Origin: Camelus dromedarius
Taxonomy: Eukaryota
Assembly: GCF_036321535.1 (NCBI RefSeq)
Contig: NC_087436.1
Span: 118,794,001-118,858,000 of the forward strand
Direction of reading: 5' to 3'
Length of the DNA: 64,000 nt
Below are positions 40,252 to 53,331 of this stretch, in pieces. Position numbers and translations under genes: made by a program. Positions within the stretch are counted from its first letter, which is position 1, and every line of letters begins with the position of its first letter. The notes under the pieces are model-generated. The model worked only from the letters and a program-made list of their open reading frames with translations, made no database searches and was not told the DNA's origin.

Positions 40252-41562
40252 GTGTGTTTACTAAGTAATGGGAACAGCATGTAAAATGCTGCCCTAGTTT
40301 TTTAAGAGAACTGTCTCATACACACAAAGAGAGAAAGAAAACGGAGGGAGCAGAGCACACATGAACACCAGTTCTTCAACTGGACATCCAGGTGGTTCCC
40401 TGCTGTTCTTCGCCGTTCTCTCTGCGGGGAGGGGCTGTTATCAGACACCCTCCCACATACTCCTTAGTGCACACACGCCCCCAGGGAGTGGCGGCTCAGC
40501 TGCGGGGAGGCATCGCCCAACTGTCCCCTGAAAGGCTGCGCCAAGGGGCGTCACTGGAGCATGTGCCGAGGGCCTGCTTCGTCAGCACCAGGTGAGACAG
40601 ACCTGTCTCCCCAGGTCAACTGCGGGCTCTTCCCACGCTTGCACACTGGCCTTTCTCGGACTTGTCTGCTGGGTCAGAGACCAGCCCACTTGCTGGGATA
40701 ACAGAACCGACCGCACTGTGGGCCTTTGTCCCCACCATTCTCGGAGGACTGGGGAAGTAAGGGACTTTTAATCTCTTCTACATCTGTCTTCTCCAGATTT
40801 TCCAACATAAACATGTAATGTTTGGATACAAAAGGCAATTAGAAGTGCTCAACTTGATAGAAGAGCTTGTCTCGGATCTGGTGGTCGGTATCCTTTGGGC
40901 ATCAAGAAAAATGTAGTTAGATAAGAATTGCAATAAAGATAAGTAATGTCACAAAGTCAACCACAAGCACTTACAGGAGGAGCACATGGGTGAAGCCCCT
41001 CAGCCCTGGTGTCTTACCACTGTCTCGGCCATCCCAATCACACCACGTAGAATGAGAAACAGCTCCCAGCATCAGAAGCGGCATATCCACAAAACCCTTC
41101 CCAAGTCTCCCTTTTCAAAACAAATACCGTGTTCTTCACGACCCCTCTGCCAGGTTAGGGCGAGGGCACCCCCTCCCCGGTGCCTGGCCTGCGAGTCCCT
41201 CACCCCCCATCCCCCCATCCTCCTTCCTCTTAACTCGCTGGGAGTCTTGGCAACCCTCACCCATGGAAGCCAGGAGAGAAACTTGGGAGCTATTTGTGCT
41301 CCAAATGGAAAGTCCTCCAGGACCCAGGTGCTGAGGACAGTTATTGACCTGCTATTGATCATCGGCTCCGCGGTGACCTTGGCAAACACCGAGTGAGCCC
41401 AGGGGAGAAGCATTGATGGGGAAACCACTCCAGGCTCTGCGAGGGAACATCCAGTCCTCGAGGCATCTAGTGGAGCTTATGCTTCGAAACAAGGCTAACT
41501 AGTTTTTTTTCCCATCATTTAAAAAGTCACCTCTACTTCACTTAAGGAACTTGAGAAAACTC

Positions 41563-41742
41563 AGAAAAAAAAGAAGGGGGAGGGGGAGGGGAGGGGAGGA
41601 AGGGGAGGGGAGGAGGAGGAGAGGAGGAGGAGGAAGAAGAAGGAAGAAAGAAGAAAAGGAGGAAGAGAAGAGGAAGAGGAAGAAGGAGGAGGAGGAGAAG
41701 GAGGAGGAGGAGAAGGAGGAGGAGAAGAGGAAGAGGAAGAAA
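41563..41742. repeat. Polypurine (GAG/AAG/GGGGA)n tract
   Basis: About 180 nt of pure A/G on the + strand. Confidence 0.95.
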
Positions 41743-42789
41743 TTTCTCTCACATCCCATGACCCCACCCTGAGCCTGGTAACGATTTGATTTCTCCCTCC
41801 CGGCCTGTCTTGTTTTTCTAGGTGCAGTATTTGCTTATTTTTCAAACTTGTGTCCATGGACCATTTTCTGTCTCCACCGCACATCCTAAGATAAGTATTT
41901 TGCATGAGACTCTGAAGAGTGGCAAGGCCATATAGCCCATTCATTCTGATTTTTGGACACTGGGTTATTTTTGATGCTCCTTTGCTGAGAGGAACTGCCC
42001 TGAACTTCCTTTTGAAGGCACTTTTGTGAATATTTAGAATTATTCCCTTCCCAGGAGTGGGTTCACTGGCCAGTCACTGCAAACTTTCAAAGGGGCTTGG
42101 AATCATTTAGATCTGCACGGGCTAGGTTAGCTGGTCCAGCCTGGGAGTCCTGGGTTTTCATAACGGTAGTTTCTCATATTCTGCGTTTTCTCAGTCTAGC
42201 ATTACATTGATTCGTCACACAATAAAATTTCTAAATAGACGCAGTGATACTAAGAAGCTGTGTGCTTTGAGTTCGTTTCATATTATTGGTGTTTTTTAAG
42301 CTAACATGTCAAACTGTTACTATTTGCATTACAATCTTGAATCTTCAAAAGACATCCAAAGTCACTGCTATCAGACTTAGGAGGCAGTCAGCAAGGGATC
42401 AAGTTCATGGCTTCCGCAGTCTGACATAAGGATTCCACAAGACAAAGACAGAAAGCTCCTAGCACAGGGCCTGGTGCAATCAGCACTCAGTCCTGAAGGC
42501 TGAGGTTATCATAAGACTGAATCACCAAGAGACACACTCATCTAAATAGCCCCCGTACTATTGCCAAGGTTTCTAAGTAGCAAATAATATCATAGGGTTT
42601 TCAATGACCTTGGAGATAATAACTTAACCTCACTGTTTACAGATGAGGAAGCTGAGGATGGAAAAGTTAAGTGACACAGTTGGAAATGATAGAGGTTGAC
42701 TTGGAATCCTGGTCCCCCAGATCTGGCACTGTATGTGTGTGTGGCTTCTTGTCTCCAACTACACTATCAACAGAAAGAGGAAAAACTAC

Positions 42790-43010
42790 CCTGGTGCCTT
42801 CTAGAGGCAGCCTGGTGGACTCTGGAAGAACCAGGTTCAACACACACTACAGCTCTGCCTGGCTGGGTGACTCTGGACAAGTTACTTAACCTCTCTGAGC
42901 CTTATTTGTAAAGTAGATGCAACAGCTCTCGCCTGTGAGGACTAGATGTATTTACACATGTAAAGCACTTTGCACAGTGCCTGACACCTGGTAGAGTTTG
43001 CAGAAAATGT
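42790..43010 (+). mobile_element. MIR SINE
   Basis: gctgggtgactctggacaagttacttaacctctctgagcc...tgtaaagcactttgcacagtgcctgacacctggtag. Confidence 0.8.
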
Positions 43011-43357
43011 TAAGTCTTTATTATTCTATTTTTATTTTCCTTTGGATATGTTCTGAATGCTTTCTGAACAGACTTAAGGGCTCTGTGGTCTCTTGTTTGA
43101 ATTTTGATCAAATGTGGAAGTGGGAGACCTCCTTTTGCCACCATCAAGGTTAGAGGCTCAGGGGTCATAGACTCCTTCTGGGGCTATCTCTGAACTTGAG
43201 CTGAGTGACAGGCCCCCTCCAGGGCCAGCATGTACCACCTCACACTCCAAAAGAAATAGGCAGGCCTCCTGTACCCAATCCAGGTCTCACTTAGCCTCTC
43301 ATAATTTAATCTGTGGCCCCTGGATAATATTTTTTTATTTGGACATTTCCCTTAGAA

Positions 43358-43540
43358 CAACAGTTCTCAAAGTGTGGTCCTTGGACCAGTAGCATCAGCA
43401 TCAACTGGGAGCTTGTTAGGAATTAAAAGTCTTTGGCCCCAGCCCAGACCTACTGAATCAGAAACTGGGGCTGGGCCCAGCAGTGTGAGTTCTAACAACC
43501 CTCCAGAAGATTCTAATGCATGCTGCTCTGGGACAAACTG
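43358..43540. mobile_element. MER5A hAT-Charlie MITE
   Basis: cagttctcaaagtgtggtccttggaccagtagcatcagcatcaactgggagcttgttag...cccagacctactgaatcagaaact. Confidence 0.88.
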
Positions 43541-44039
43541 TTTTTTACTCACATAGAGGAGAAAAAGAATAGTCTCACAGTGGCTCTCTCTGGTCATCAG
43601 GGGACAAAAGAAGGCCTGCGGGGCTGGGGCCAGGCTAGCCCGCTCCCCCTCTACTTACTGGCTGATGGTTCTGCACAAGCATCTTCCCTTCTCCTCAGTC
43701 TCCTCATCTGGAACATGGGACCACAGCCTCCACCTCACAGTACCCATGAGATTAAAGGGGAGATGCTGACCCAGGCTTGGCACAGAGCCTGGCATGGGGA
43801 GAAGGGCTTGGGAGGAAGGAGCTCTGTCATGATGCTGGCAAAGGTCTGATTTGGACAAGACATCCACCATCCCTGCTTGTGCATCCTTATATTAAAAGAG
43901 TGCAAATCTGATGTAAATTCATCCTTCAAAAGCCCTGGCCCTGTCAGCCATTCCTTTCCAATTCAGGTAAAACTGTAATGCCACAGCAAAGAGATGAAAA
44001 CTGTTGTATACATTAAACATACTTTGCACCTAGATACAA

Positions 44040-44895
44040 AGAAAGGCCTCGATGACTTCATGGGTGAATTCTACCTAACATTACAGAAGAATCAATACTA
44101 AACTCTTTCAAAAATGCAGAAGAGGAGTGAACACTTCCCAATTCATTGAATGAGGACAGTGTTACTCCGATACCAAAACCAGGCAAAGACTTTACAAGAA
44201 AAGAAAACTACAGACTAATATCCCTTACAAATCTAGATACAAAACTCCTCAGCAAAATACTGGAAAAACAAACCCAGCAACATATACAAAGAACTATACA
44301 CCAAGACAAATGATATTGATTCCAGGAATGCAAAGTTGGTTTAATACCCAAAACTAATCCATTTAATTTACTACATTAATAGAAAAAGGGACAAAATCCT
44401 CATGATCATCTCAATGCAGAAAAGGCATCTGACAAAATCTATCACCCAGTCAAGATAAAAAAACTCAATGAACCAGGAACAGAAGGGAACTTTCTCAGCC
44501 AAATAAAGTGCATCTACAGAAAACCTACAGCTAACATCATACTCAATGGTGAAAGACTGAAAGCTTTGCCTCTAAGATCAGGAACAAGGCAAGGATGTCT
44601 ATTCTTGTCACTTCTATTCAACATTGTACTATAAGTTTATCCAGGGCAATTAGGCCAGAAAAAAAGAAATAAAAGGCAACCATATTGGAAAAGACGACAT
44701 AAAACGATCTCTACTTGTAGATGACATGGACTTATATATAGAAAACCCTAAAGAATCTGTAAAAAAAACACACAAAACAATTAGAACTAACAAACAAGTT
44801 CAGCATGGTGTCAGAATACAAGATCAGTACACAATGATTAACTGCATTTCTACATACTAGCAGTGAACAGTGAGAAAACACAGCTAAGAAAATAC
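44040..44895 (+). mobile_element. L1 ORF2 (RT region) fragment, decayed
   Basis: gataccaaaaccaggcaaagac...aactacagactaatatccctt; catgatcatctcaatgcagaaaaggcatctgacaaaat; tcaggaacaaggcaaggatgtc; gtagatgacatg (YADD-equivalent region). Confidence 0.92.
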
Positions 44896-45244
44896 CCAGC
44901 TGCAGCCCAGAAGACACAAGTGTATTTGTGCATCCCACCAGACCGGCGTGACTGCTAACAGTTAATCAGAGAAGCAGCCGCAACAGCACAAGTGCCTGCC
45001 CCACGCAAGGCACTAAGCCAGGCTTTCCCCACGCGGTCTCTCCTTCACCTCTCACAACCCTGCGAACACTGTTTTCCTCATTTGGCTGATGAGGAGCCTG
45101 CAGGTCAGAGAGGCGAAGGAACTTGCCCATAGTCACAGAGCTGGTAAGAGGAGGCGCCAGGCAGTCTGACTCCGAAGCCCAGGTCTTGTCCCCGCACTGG
45201 ACCCAGGCAGCCCTCACGCCCCTGGTGGCTCTCTCACACAACCG

Positions 45245-45400
45245 CTAGTGGCTCCACATCAGCACCTCCTGGGTCTCTTAGAAATACACATGCCTGGGCC
45301 CGACCTGGAAGGGTCTGATGTAACTGGTCCGGGTGGGGCGCAGACACTGGTATTTTTCTAAAGCCTCCAAGGCGATTCCAACACGCAGCCTGGGTGCCAG
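45245..45400. mobile_element. MER5-like MITE
   Basis: aaatacacatgcctgggccc...ctggtatttttctaaagcctccaaggcgattccaacacgcagcc. Confidence 0.6.
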
Positions 45401-47774
45401 GGTCGGGGCTCCGCTCTGGACGTCAGCAGAAGTGGAGCCTTCCCCAGAGTCTTCTCCCACTCGACCCTACCTGCAAGGCAAAGGCTGCCCCAGGCAAGCA
45501 GGTGGGCTTCCTCCCAGATACAGCGGCTGGAGCTCACGCAGGGTGCTCGGTCATGCTGAGCTTGTGCTCGTATTCGGCGCATTCTAACTTTTAAAAATTT
45601 ACGTAACAAACATGTACACTGACTGTTGTTTGTAGTTGTTCTTGGCTTTTAAGCATCACTATAAACAGAATGCCTAAAAGGACACACAATTGTTACCTCA
45701 AAAACCCAGGCCAGGTACATTAGGTTGAGGTTACAAGACTAGGAATCAGAAGACTCCAGTTTAACCCTCAGCTTTGGACCTCTCATACCTGTCCCAACAC
45801 CCAGTGAGATGGGAGTGATTACTGTGCCCAGTCGTAGGCTAGAAACAGACCCAGGAAAGTCACACAGCTCATACTTGGGAGAAATGGGATTCAAACACGG
45901 GACTGATTCTTGCTGAAGTCTGGTCCTGCCCACCAGACCCAGCTGCCCTCTGTGCAAGTGGAAGTCCAATAGATGTGAAGGAAACGACCTCCAGTTACTA
46001 GGTAACCTCTTCCCTGAAGCCAGCTTTAATTATAAAAGTCTGATCAATATGGACAACACTGAGCCCTGACGCCACTGGGTCAGGCATCACCATCTCTGCA
46101 GGGCGGGGACTGTCATGCGGGACACGCATTATCCCCTTTAACTCTCACCTCGCCGTGAAGCAGGTACCACCTCCCCTAGCTCACAGCTCAGGAATCTCAG
46201 AGAAGGGAAGCAGTGCCCCCGGTCACACAGCCAGTACATCACGGAGCAGGATTTGACCCTGGGTCTGGGTTCTTCCCACTGCACACTTGAAGTGATGTGA
46301 GAAAATGACATGAGAAACTTCTCTGCCTCATTTAAGTAATGGCGTGGCAATTTTGAAAGGACCAACTCTTAAAATTCATTCATTTAAGAGGCCTAACTCA
46401 CAGTCTGTCTGCTTTTAAAAAGTACTCACTGGTAAGTCACGAAGAAGCACTGACCGGTTGCGCACAGAGAACACATCCGAGCCAATCACAGAAACGTGAA
46501 AGCATGTTTGGGCAATGCCCCAGTGAACTGACAGCTGAGGAAGGCTGGACTCTGAATGACAGTCTGTTCTCCAGGCTCTGGTGGCCCCAGCTGCCCTCCA
46601 GGTTCCCATGACGTCATTCTTCTGCCTAGATGGCTTCAGGTGGTCCTCCAGGTTCAGGGTCCAGACTGACCCTACTGGCCAAATGAAGCTCGACCCATCT
46701 GTCTCCACTTCCTTGGAAGCCACATCGTCAGCTCTCTGGATGCCCAGTCCCCTCCATGGGGCTCCCTGGCAGCTCTCAGTTCCCACCAGGTGTGGGTTCT
46801 GCCTCTGTGCCTCCCTCTGCCCAGAGGGGCTGCTCTTGGTTTGGACGTTATCTTTTCCTCAGCTCACAAGTCTCCTCCTCCAGAAGAGTCCATCCTCTGC
46901 TTCAGGGCACCCACAGCTCCTGTGCTTCCTTCTGACATGGCCACCCTGGCCACGCTGGACTGGCATTGCCTGCTGTCTTGTTGCCATCCAAACATTCATT
47001 CAGTTAACAAATGTTTATTGAGCCTCTGCTCTAAAGGATGTGGTTCTCATCACTGGAACCACAAAACAGACAGAAGTCCCTACCCAGCCAGAGCTTACCT
47101 TCCCTGAATATTCATTCTTAGGTGCAAGGACCTGTGGTCTAGTGCTTTGTGCTCCTGGATCTACTATAGTGCCCGGTGCTGAGTGGATGCTCAGAGAACA
47201 GTGAGTGAGAGAATGAAACTCAGGCAGGATTTCCTTCCGCAGGACAGCTTTCTGGAACTGTTGTGGGTTGGGTAACATGTAAAATGCTACCTGAACTCAG
47301 ACATATTCCAAGTTGAATACCAGCTAGAGTGCAATGATGCGACGGCTATGATGCACCAAGTTCAGACCAGGAGCAGGGCAGGTGCACGTCCTCATGAGTT
47401 GCTCCATGCAGCCGGTTTATGTACAGTCCCAAGTGCTGGCTCACACCCAGCAGATTTTCTGGAGCCGAGGACTGGTGCCATTTTGCATTTGTTTCTTCCA
47501 AAGCAAAGGAGGACGCCAAGCTTCAGGACTCCAGGAAAGGCATGTGAGCATGTCAGCAAATGGCTTTGCAGAGGCACCAGGGTCTAAGTGTCTCCTGTCC
47601 TCTGGCTGCCCAGGAAGTTTCAAGGCTTTGGAGCAGCACGTGGCATCCACGCACCACGGGCAGGGGGCTCACGAGCCCCATCCCTGCTGCCAGGGGGCAC
47701 AGGGCGGGTCTGCAGAGGCAAAGACCCAACTGAGCAGATTGCTTGTTGGGCTCTTCTTTATAAGTCATAATCTT

Positions 47775-48238
47775 TTTTTTTAACCAGTTTATTTTATTCT
47801 TTTTTTTTAATTGAAGTAGAGTTGATTTACAAAATCATCTTAGTTTTAGGTATACAGCAAAGTGATTCAGTTATATATATATTTTCAGATTATTTTCCAT
47901 TCTAGGCTATTACAAGGTCATATTCCCTGTGTTATACAGTAAATCCTTGTTGATCAGTTTTCTGTATAGCAGTTTGTGTCTGTTAACCTCATACTCCTGA
48001 TTTATCCCTCCCACCATCTCTTTTCCCTTTTGTAGCTGTAAGTCTGTTTTCTGTGTCTGTGAATGTTTGTTTTGTATACAGATTTGTTTGTATTTTTTAA
48101 ATTCCACATATAAGTGATATCATGTATTTGTCTTTCTCTGACTTACTTCACTTAATATGATAATCTCTAGGTCCACCCATGTTGCTGTAAATGGCAACAT
48201 TTCATTCTCTTTATGGCTGAGTGATATTCTGTTGCATA
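47775..48238 (-). mobile_element. 5'-truncated L1 3' end with a 17-bp TSD
   Basis: ttttttaattgaagtagagttgatttac...aattccacatataagtgatatc...ctctaggtccacccatgttgctgtaaatggc; TSD ttataagtcataatctt (47758-47774) / ttataaatcatattctt (48239-48255). Confidence 0.92.
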
Positions 48239-51200
48239 TTATAAATCATATTCTTAATTATAAAAGTAAAATCATGCTAATCAAGAAAAAAATGTGAGGC
48301 ATTCAGAAAACAAAATTAATTTACAATCCCACCCCATCCCTACCTCAATACACGGCATCTTGGCAGCCTTTCTTCCCAAAAGCAAAGGACCAGCGGTGAG
48401 TGGACTTAGTCCAGGCCCAGCTCCACGCAGGCTGTCTCACTGGACCCTCAAGTCTTATGTTTGAAGAGTGACCCTCACACTTCACAGGAAGGAAAAGAGA
48501 GTTTCAGTGAAATCAAGTGACATGGCCCAAGGCTGCCCAGGTAAGAAATACTGAGTCCAAAATCTGAATCCAGATCCGACTGTAAATCACAGTTTGTCCC
48601 ACATGCGCTCAAATGGAAGGAATGTTAATTTCATCTCTTTTCCAAAGATTAAAGAAACGGGAGAAAAAAACTACCTAACTTAAACTTCAATAATTAAATC
48701 TGCTCATAAAGGCCAAATTCTATCAAGTTCTCATTATATCTGCAGAGACTTTTTCTCCCAATCAGGCCATAAGCCCCGCGAGCAGGCCAGGCTGCACCTC
48801 TCACCTCCCCACCAGCGCAGAGCAGGCCTTCATCTGCCACCAGGCTGGAGGAGACGAGGCCAAACACCTCTTATCCAGGCTCAAAAGACCGTCTCAGAAC
48901 CTCAGGGACAGGATCTGGCTGGCAGTCAAGACCTGCAGTGCAGCCCCAGCCAACCTCTCCAGCCCGCTCCCAACTCTCCTCACAGACCCCGTCTTCTCAC
49001 CCCCTGCCCAGGCCTCCGGCCTCCCATCCTCTGCACATCGGCTCCTTCCGTTCCCACTGCTTGCCTGGAACACCACTTGCCCCTCCTCCCTCCCCACTGC
49101 CCGCGGTCCCAGGTCTCCACTCCCCTAAGCTCCAAATCCCCCAAGGCCACCATCGCCTTCATCCTTTCAACAACATGTCACAAAGTTTGTGGAGTCCCTG
49201 CCAAACTTGGGGTGAACGGTGAATGTGACAGGTAGTGTCCCTACCCCAGTGCCTAGAGCACAGAACCTTCTGGAGTGAGAGGAGCAGCTCCCAGGAGCTG
49301 GCTCGTGCTGTGTGCTCAGTGATCCTGAGTTTGACATTGACATTGTCATTGGCGTGGCGTTGATGCTGTCATTCTCCCCACCCCACCCCCATTTCAGAGC
49401 GGGGCAAGCTGTGACCCAGAGAAACTAAGTGACCTGCCCAAGATCACGGGCTGGGGAGTGGTACCCACCCATCGAGGTTCATTCTACCTAAATCCTGACT
49501 GTTGCACCCTGAACTTCAAGGGCAGCATCTGCGGCTCACCCACTTGTCTGTCCCCAGGGCCCTGCCCAGCGCCTGACACAGCAGGGACACAGCCTAGCTT
49601 GCTGAACTGAGTGGTTTCTGCGTCCAGGAATAGATACACGCGTCTGCTCCTGGCTTCGGCTTCGGAGGCCAGCGTTCCCTGAAACGGCCTCTCCATCTTG
49701 ATGAATAGCCCAGGAAGCCGGCAGCACCTGCATCCGCGTCTGCCTGACTTCCTCCCTGCAACCCGACAGACTCCATCTGGGCCCCAGAAAATGGCCCTGG
49801 TGCTGCTGGCAGGAAGCAAAATCTTTAAAAAAAGCACCTTGGAAAATGCAGGTCTTTAAAATCAGCTTCCCAGACCACAACGGGAGGAGGCCACCCAGGA
49901 TTCGTCCCTCCATTTTAGCAAGACAGCCACATCTCTAGACAGAAGATGCCCAGTTCTATACCTGAAACAGGCTGTTCTTTAGGGAGCGCAGGAGACACAC
50001 ATCTGGAAAACGGGATGGTTAGATAACCGTCCCTAACTCACAGAGTTGCTGTGAGGAGTAAATGGGATAATGTGAGTGGAAGCTTAACACAGTGCTGGGC
50101 CGCTCCCTCGACATTAGCTGATGTAACTGTGATTACCGTGCAGCCACTACAGTCCTCAGCGCTGTGCCAGACACACCGTGAGCCACGTGAGGGAGGGAGG
50201 GAGAATGAAGGAGTGGTGGGTAGGAAGAAAGCAGCCAATGACTCTACCTGGAATGAAACTGCATAACCAATGGGAACAAAAAAGCCAAACATCTTCGAGA
50301 TCTGGCCACGACACCCCGCTTCAGCTTTGAGGAACTGTCCTAACTTACTCAAGCCTCACATTCATGTGCTCTGGAGGAAGCTGCCTGGTCTGACCACTGC
50401 TGCTCTGTGCGCTGTGAATGTAAAGATAAGACCAGACATCGCAGGAGTTAGGTCAGCCCTCAAAATGCAGGCAGCCTCCAATGGAGAACCCGTAACTTCT
50501 GATGCTGGCGAGGGTTTACGTGGCTCTTTAACCCCTCCATTAACCTAAACTCTGGTTCTTTGATCTGGAAACTTCTCAGACTTCACTCTTGCCATGGGGA
50601 GGTCTTTAGACTCTCCTCACAGAAGAGGGCATTCCTTAGCAACTCTAATAACCCGTACCACCTACCTGCTCCTCGGAGGACCATCTGATTTTCGGTAACA
50701 AGCCACACCCAGGTACATCCACCACTCCCACATTCTTTGACAACTGAGCAGGCAAATCCAGTCAAAGCCTCCAAATCGAGCCCCACCCAGGCCTTCCTGC
50801 ATCTGGCCCCGACACCTGCTCCGCGTCGCCTGCACTCAGGTTCCCCCACCACTGCAGCCTCAGCTCCAGCCCTTGCTGCGCCCCAGCCTCCTGTGAACGC
50901 AGGCCTTGGTCACAGGGTGGGTCTGCGGTGGGAAAGGGAGCTCTTGAGCTGAGGGCCACCCACCCGGGCTCTGACCGCCGTCTTTCCCTCAGCTCACTCT
51001 GTGACCGTGGGCACATCTCTCCTCTCCCTGGCCCTCAATTTTGTCCTTTGAAAAATGAACATTTGGACTAGACGGTGCCACTGTCGTCCAGTTGCAGCTG
51101 CTGTAACTTCTGCATAAAGTACGTACTACATGTACTTCGTTTTTAAAAAATCAACTTTAAGGGGACAGCAGCTCAAAGGGTTTTGGCAATCGAGATGGAG

Positions 51201-53331
51201 AACTTTGGGGAGAACCCCAGAAAGTTCCCCCACACCCTTTTGCAACTTGAACACTTAACACAGTGTTAAGCTTTTTTTTATTTCCTTAATATTTTTCTTT
51301 ACAATGACTGACTTAAAAACATACTGCTTCAGCCTGATTCTAAGCAACAATATCCACAAAATCGCAAGCTTAAGGGCTACTTGTATTTCCTCTAATACAC
51401 AGTAAAATAAATACTATTAAAATAAAGCAGCCAAGGGCAGCCTAAAATCTTCCGGCACTCCCCCAGAGCTGTGCATTCCCCACGGAGAGACACCCAAGGG
51501 CGTGACCACCCCCTCCCGAGACCCCTTCAGCTCTGCAAGTCTGGATTCCACATCTAACTTGTCACAGAGTCTAGCCCGGTGCCCTGTATACAGCAGGTGC
51601 TCACTAAATACTAGCTGTTAAGCAGGAGTGATAACTGAGGCCCATCTCCTCTCCCTTTCTGACATGCTGAGTGCCACCACCCTTGGCGGGAGGTAGCCAC
51701 CTTCTGTTCCTTGGAGCTGATAAATGCTGCTTCGGAGACACAGCCACTCGGAGGCAGGGGCACAGGCGCAGAGCGAAGCGGGAAACCAAGTGGACGCAGC
51801 AGCGAAGCAAACGGGTGGAAGTGCAGAGGCTAGGTTTGGGAGAACCGCTCCGAATTCTTCGTTCTCTGCCTGCATTGTTTTTTTTTTTAGCCCACTAAGT
51901 TATTTTAATAACTCAGTTGCTTTCACATCAAACCCTTTTGCCAGAAAAGCCCTGCAAGATGTCTCATCCGCATTCCCAGAAGGGATTTACCACAAAGAGC
52001 CCAAAGAGAGACTGGTTGCCTTCCAAGTCCCGTTTTCTGAGATGAGCTAAATAACTGGAGGGATGCCTTCTGCGCCCTTAGCAACTAGGCAAGGAGTTTG
52101 TCAGACATTTACAGGCCTTAAAAAAAAGAAAGAAAGAAATAGAAAACGAATGGGGAGGTGGGTCGCAGCCTAGAAAAAAAGGCGCAACTGAAAAGGCACA
52201 CGGGGAGACTTAGCATGACTTTCAAGAGCCCTGCAGTGCTCGGCCCACCGCGGGCAGGAAGCACAGCCTGCCTCTGCAGACTGGCAAGAGGAGCCCCTTC
52301 CAACCCAGCCCACAGCCACCACCTTTTCAGCTTACTGATTATCCAGCCCCATCCCAACACCTCACACTGGGCCATAATGATCTACTAATACCACCCCAAA
52401 CATACAGCTACACCTGTGCGTGCACCAGTTCATCAGTCAGGTAGGCCTTCCTTTCTTCTCCACCTGGAAAACTCCAATATATACCGCAAGGGCCAAGGGA
52501 TGATGGCCCAGTTCAACCATTATCTCTCACAGGAGGTCTCCTCTCCACAGAGCAGCACAGAGCTCACGGGGCAGGGCAGGGTTAGGGTATTTGATGGGGC
52601 TGGGGCCAAGTTCTCAAGGGCCTTCCTGCCTTGTCCAGGGTGTAAGGAATTTACAGTTCATCCTCAGGCAGTGCGGGAAGCCAGGGAGGGGATGTGAGCC
52701 GAGAGTCACACCCAGATAACTGTGGTGGAAAATACTGACAAAGGGGGAGATGGGTTGAAATTGGATCTGGGACAACAAAGTGAGTCTCCAGCATCAAATC
52801 GTATATGCTTGGCTGCTTTATCCAGAGCTTCCATCCAGAGTCACTGCCACGCCCAGGCACCATGCAGAGAAAACAGGACCTCCCCAACACTGGTAATGCA
52901 GTATCGCAACCACCACCACCACAGCTAGATGCACATAACACAGCCTTACTGCTTATCAGCCCTGCTCAAAGCGCACACGTTTAATCCTTACAAGAGCCCT
53001 AACAAGTGGGAAAGGAACCCAGGCAGCCAACCAGGGCTGCGAACAGTGGCTGGGAAAACTACAGCAGAATCACACTTTAAAAAGTCAGCCCAAGTACCAC
53101 TGCCCGACTTGCCCTCAAGAAGGCACACGAGACTCAAGTATTTCGCTGCAGGGATATTCAAGGATGTGTTATTTACAAGGGGATGCTATGAAGCATTTGT
53201 ACAATGGGATGCTATGAAGCTGTTAACACTGAAGTTCTCTTTCTCACATTTCCTGCCCCAGATCTTCCAGGGTGAGTGTGAAAATGCAGATTCCTGAGTC
53301 CCACCCAGACCTCATGAAAGGCAGTGTCTGG

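Noticed and set aside
41538..41944. Lys/Glu-rich and Ser/Phe/Pro-rich ORFs
   Set aside because: Translations of the polypurine simple repeat.
46420..46500. CCAAT box with nearby donor-like motifs as an alternative promoter
   Set aside because: The spacing between the CCAAT and the minus-strand GTGAGT leaves no room for a TSS and exon; no CpG island.
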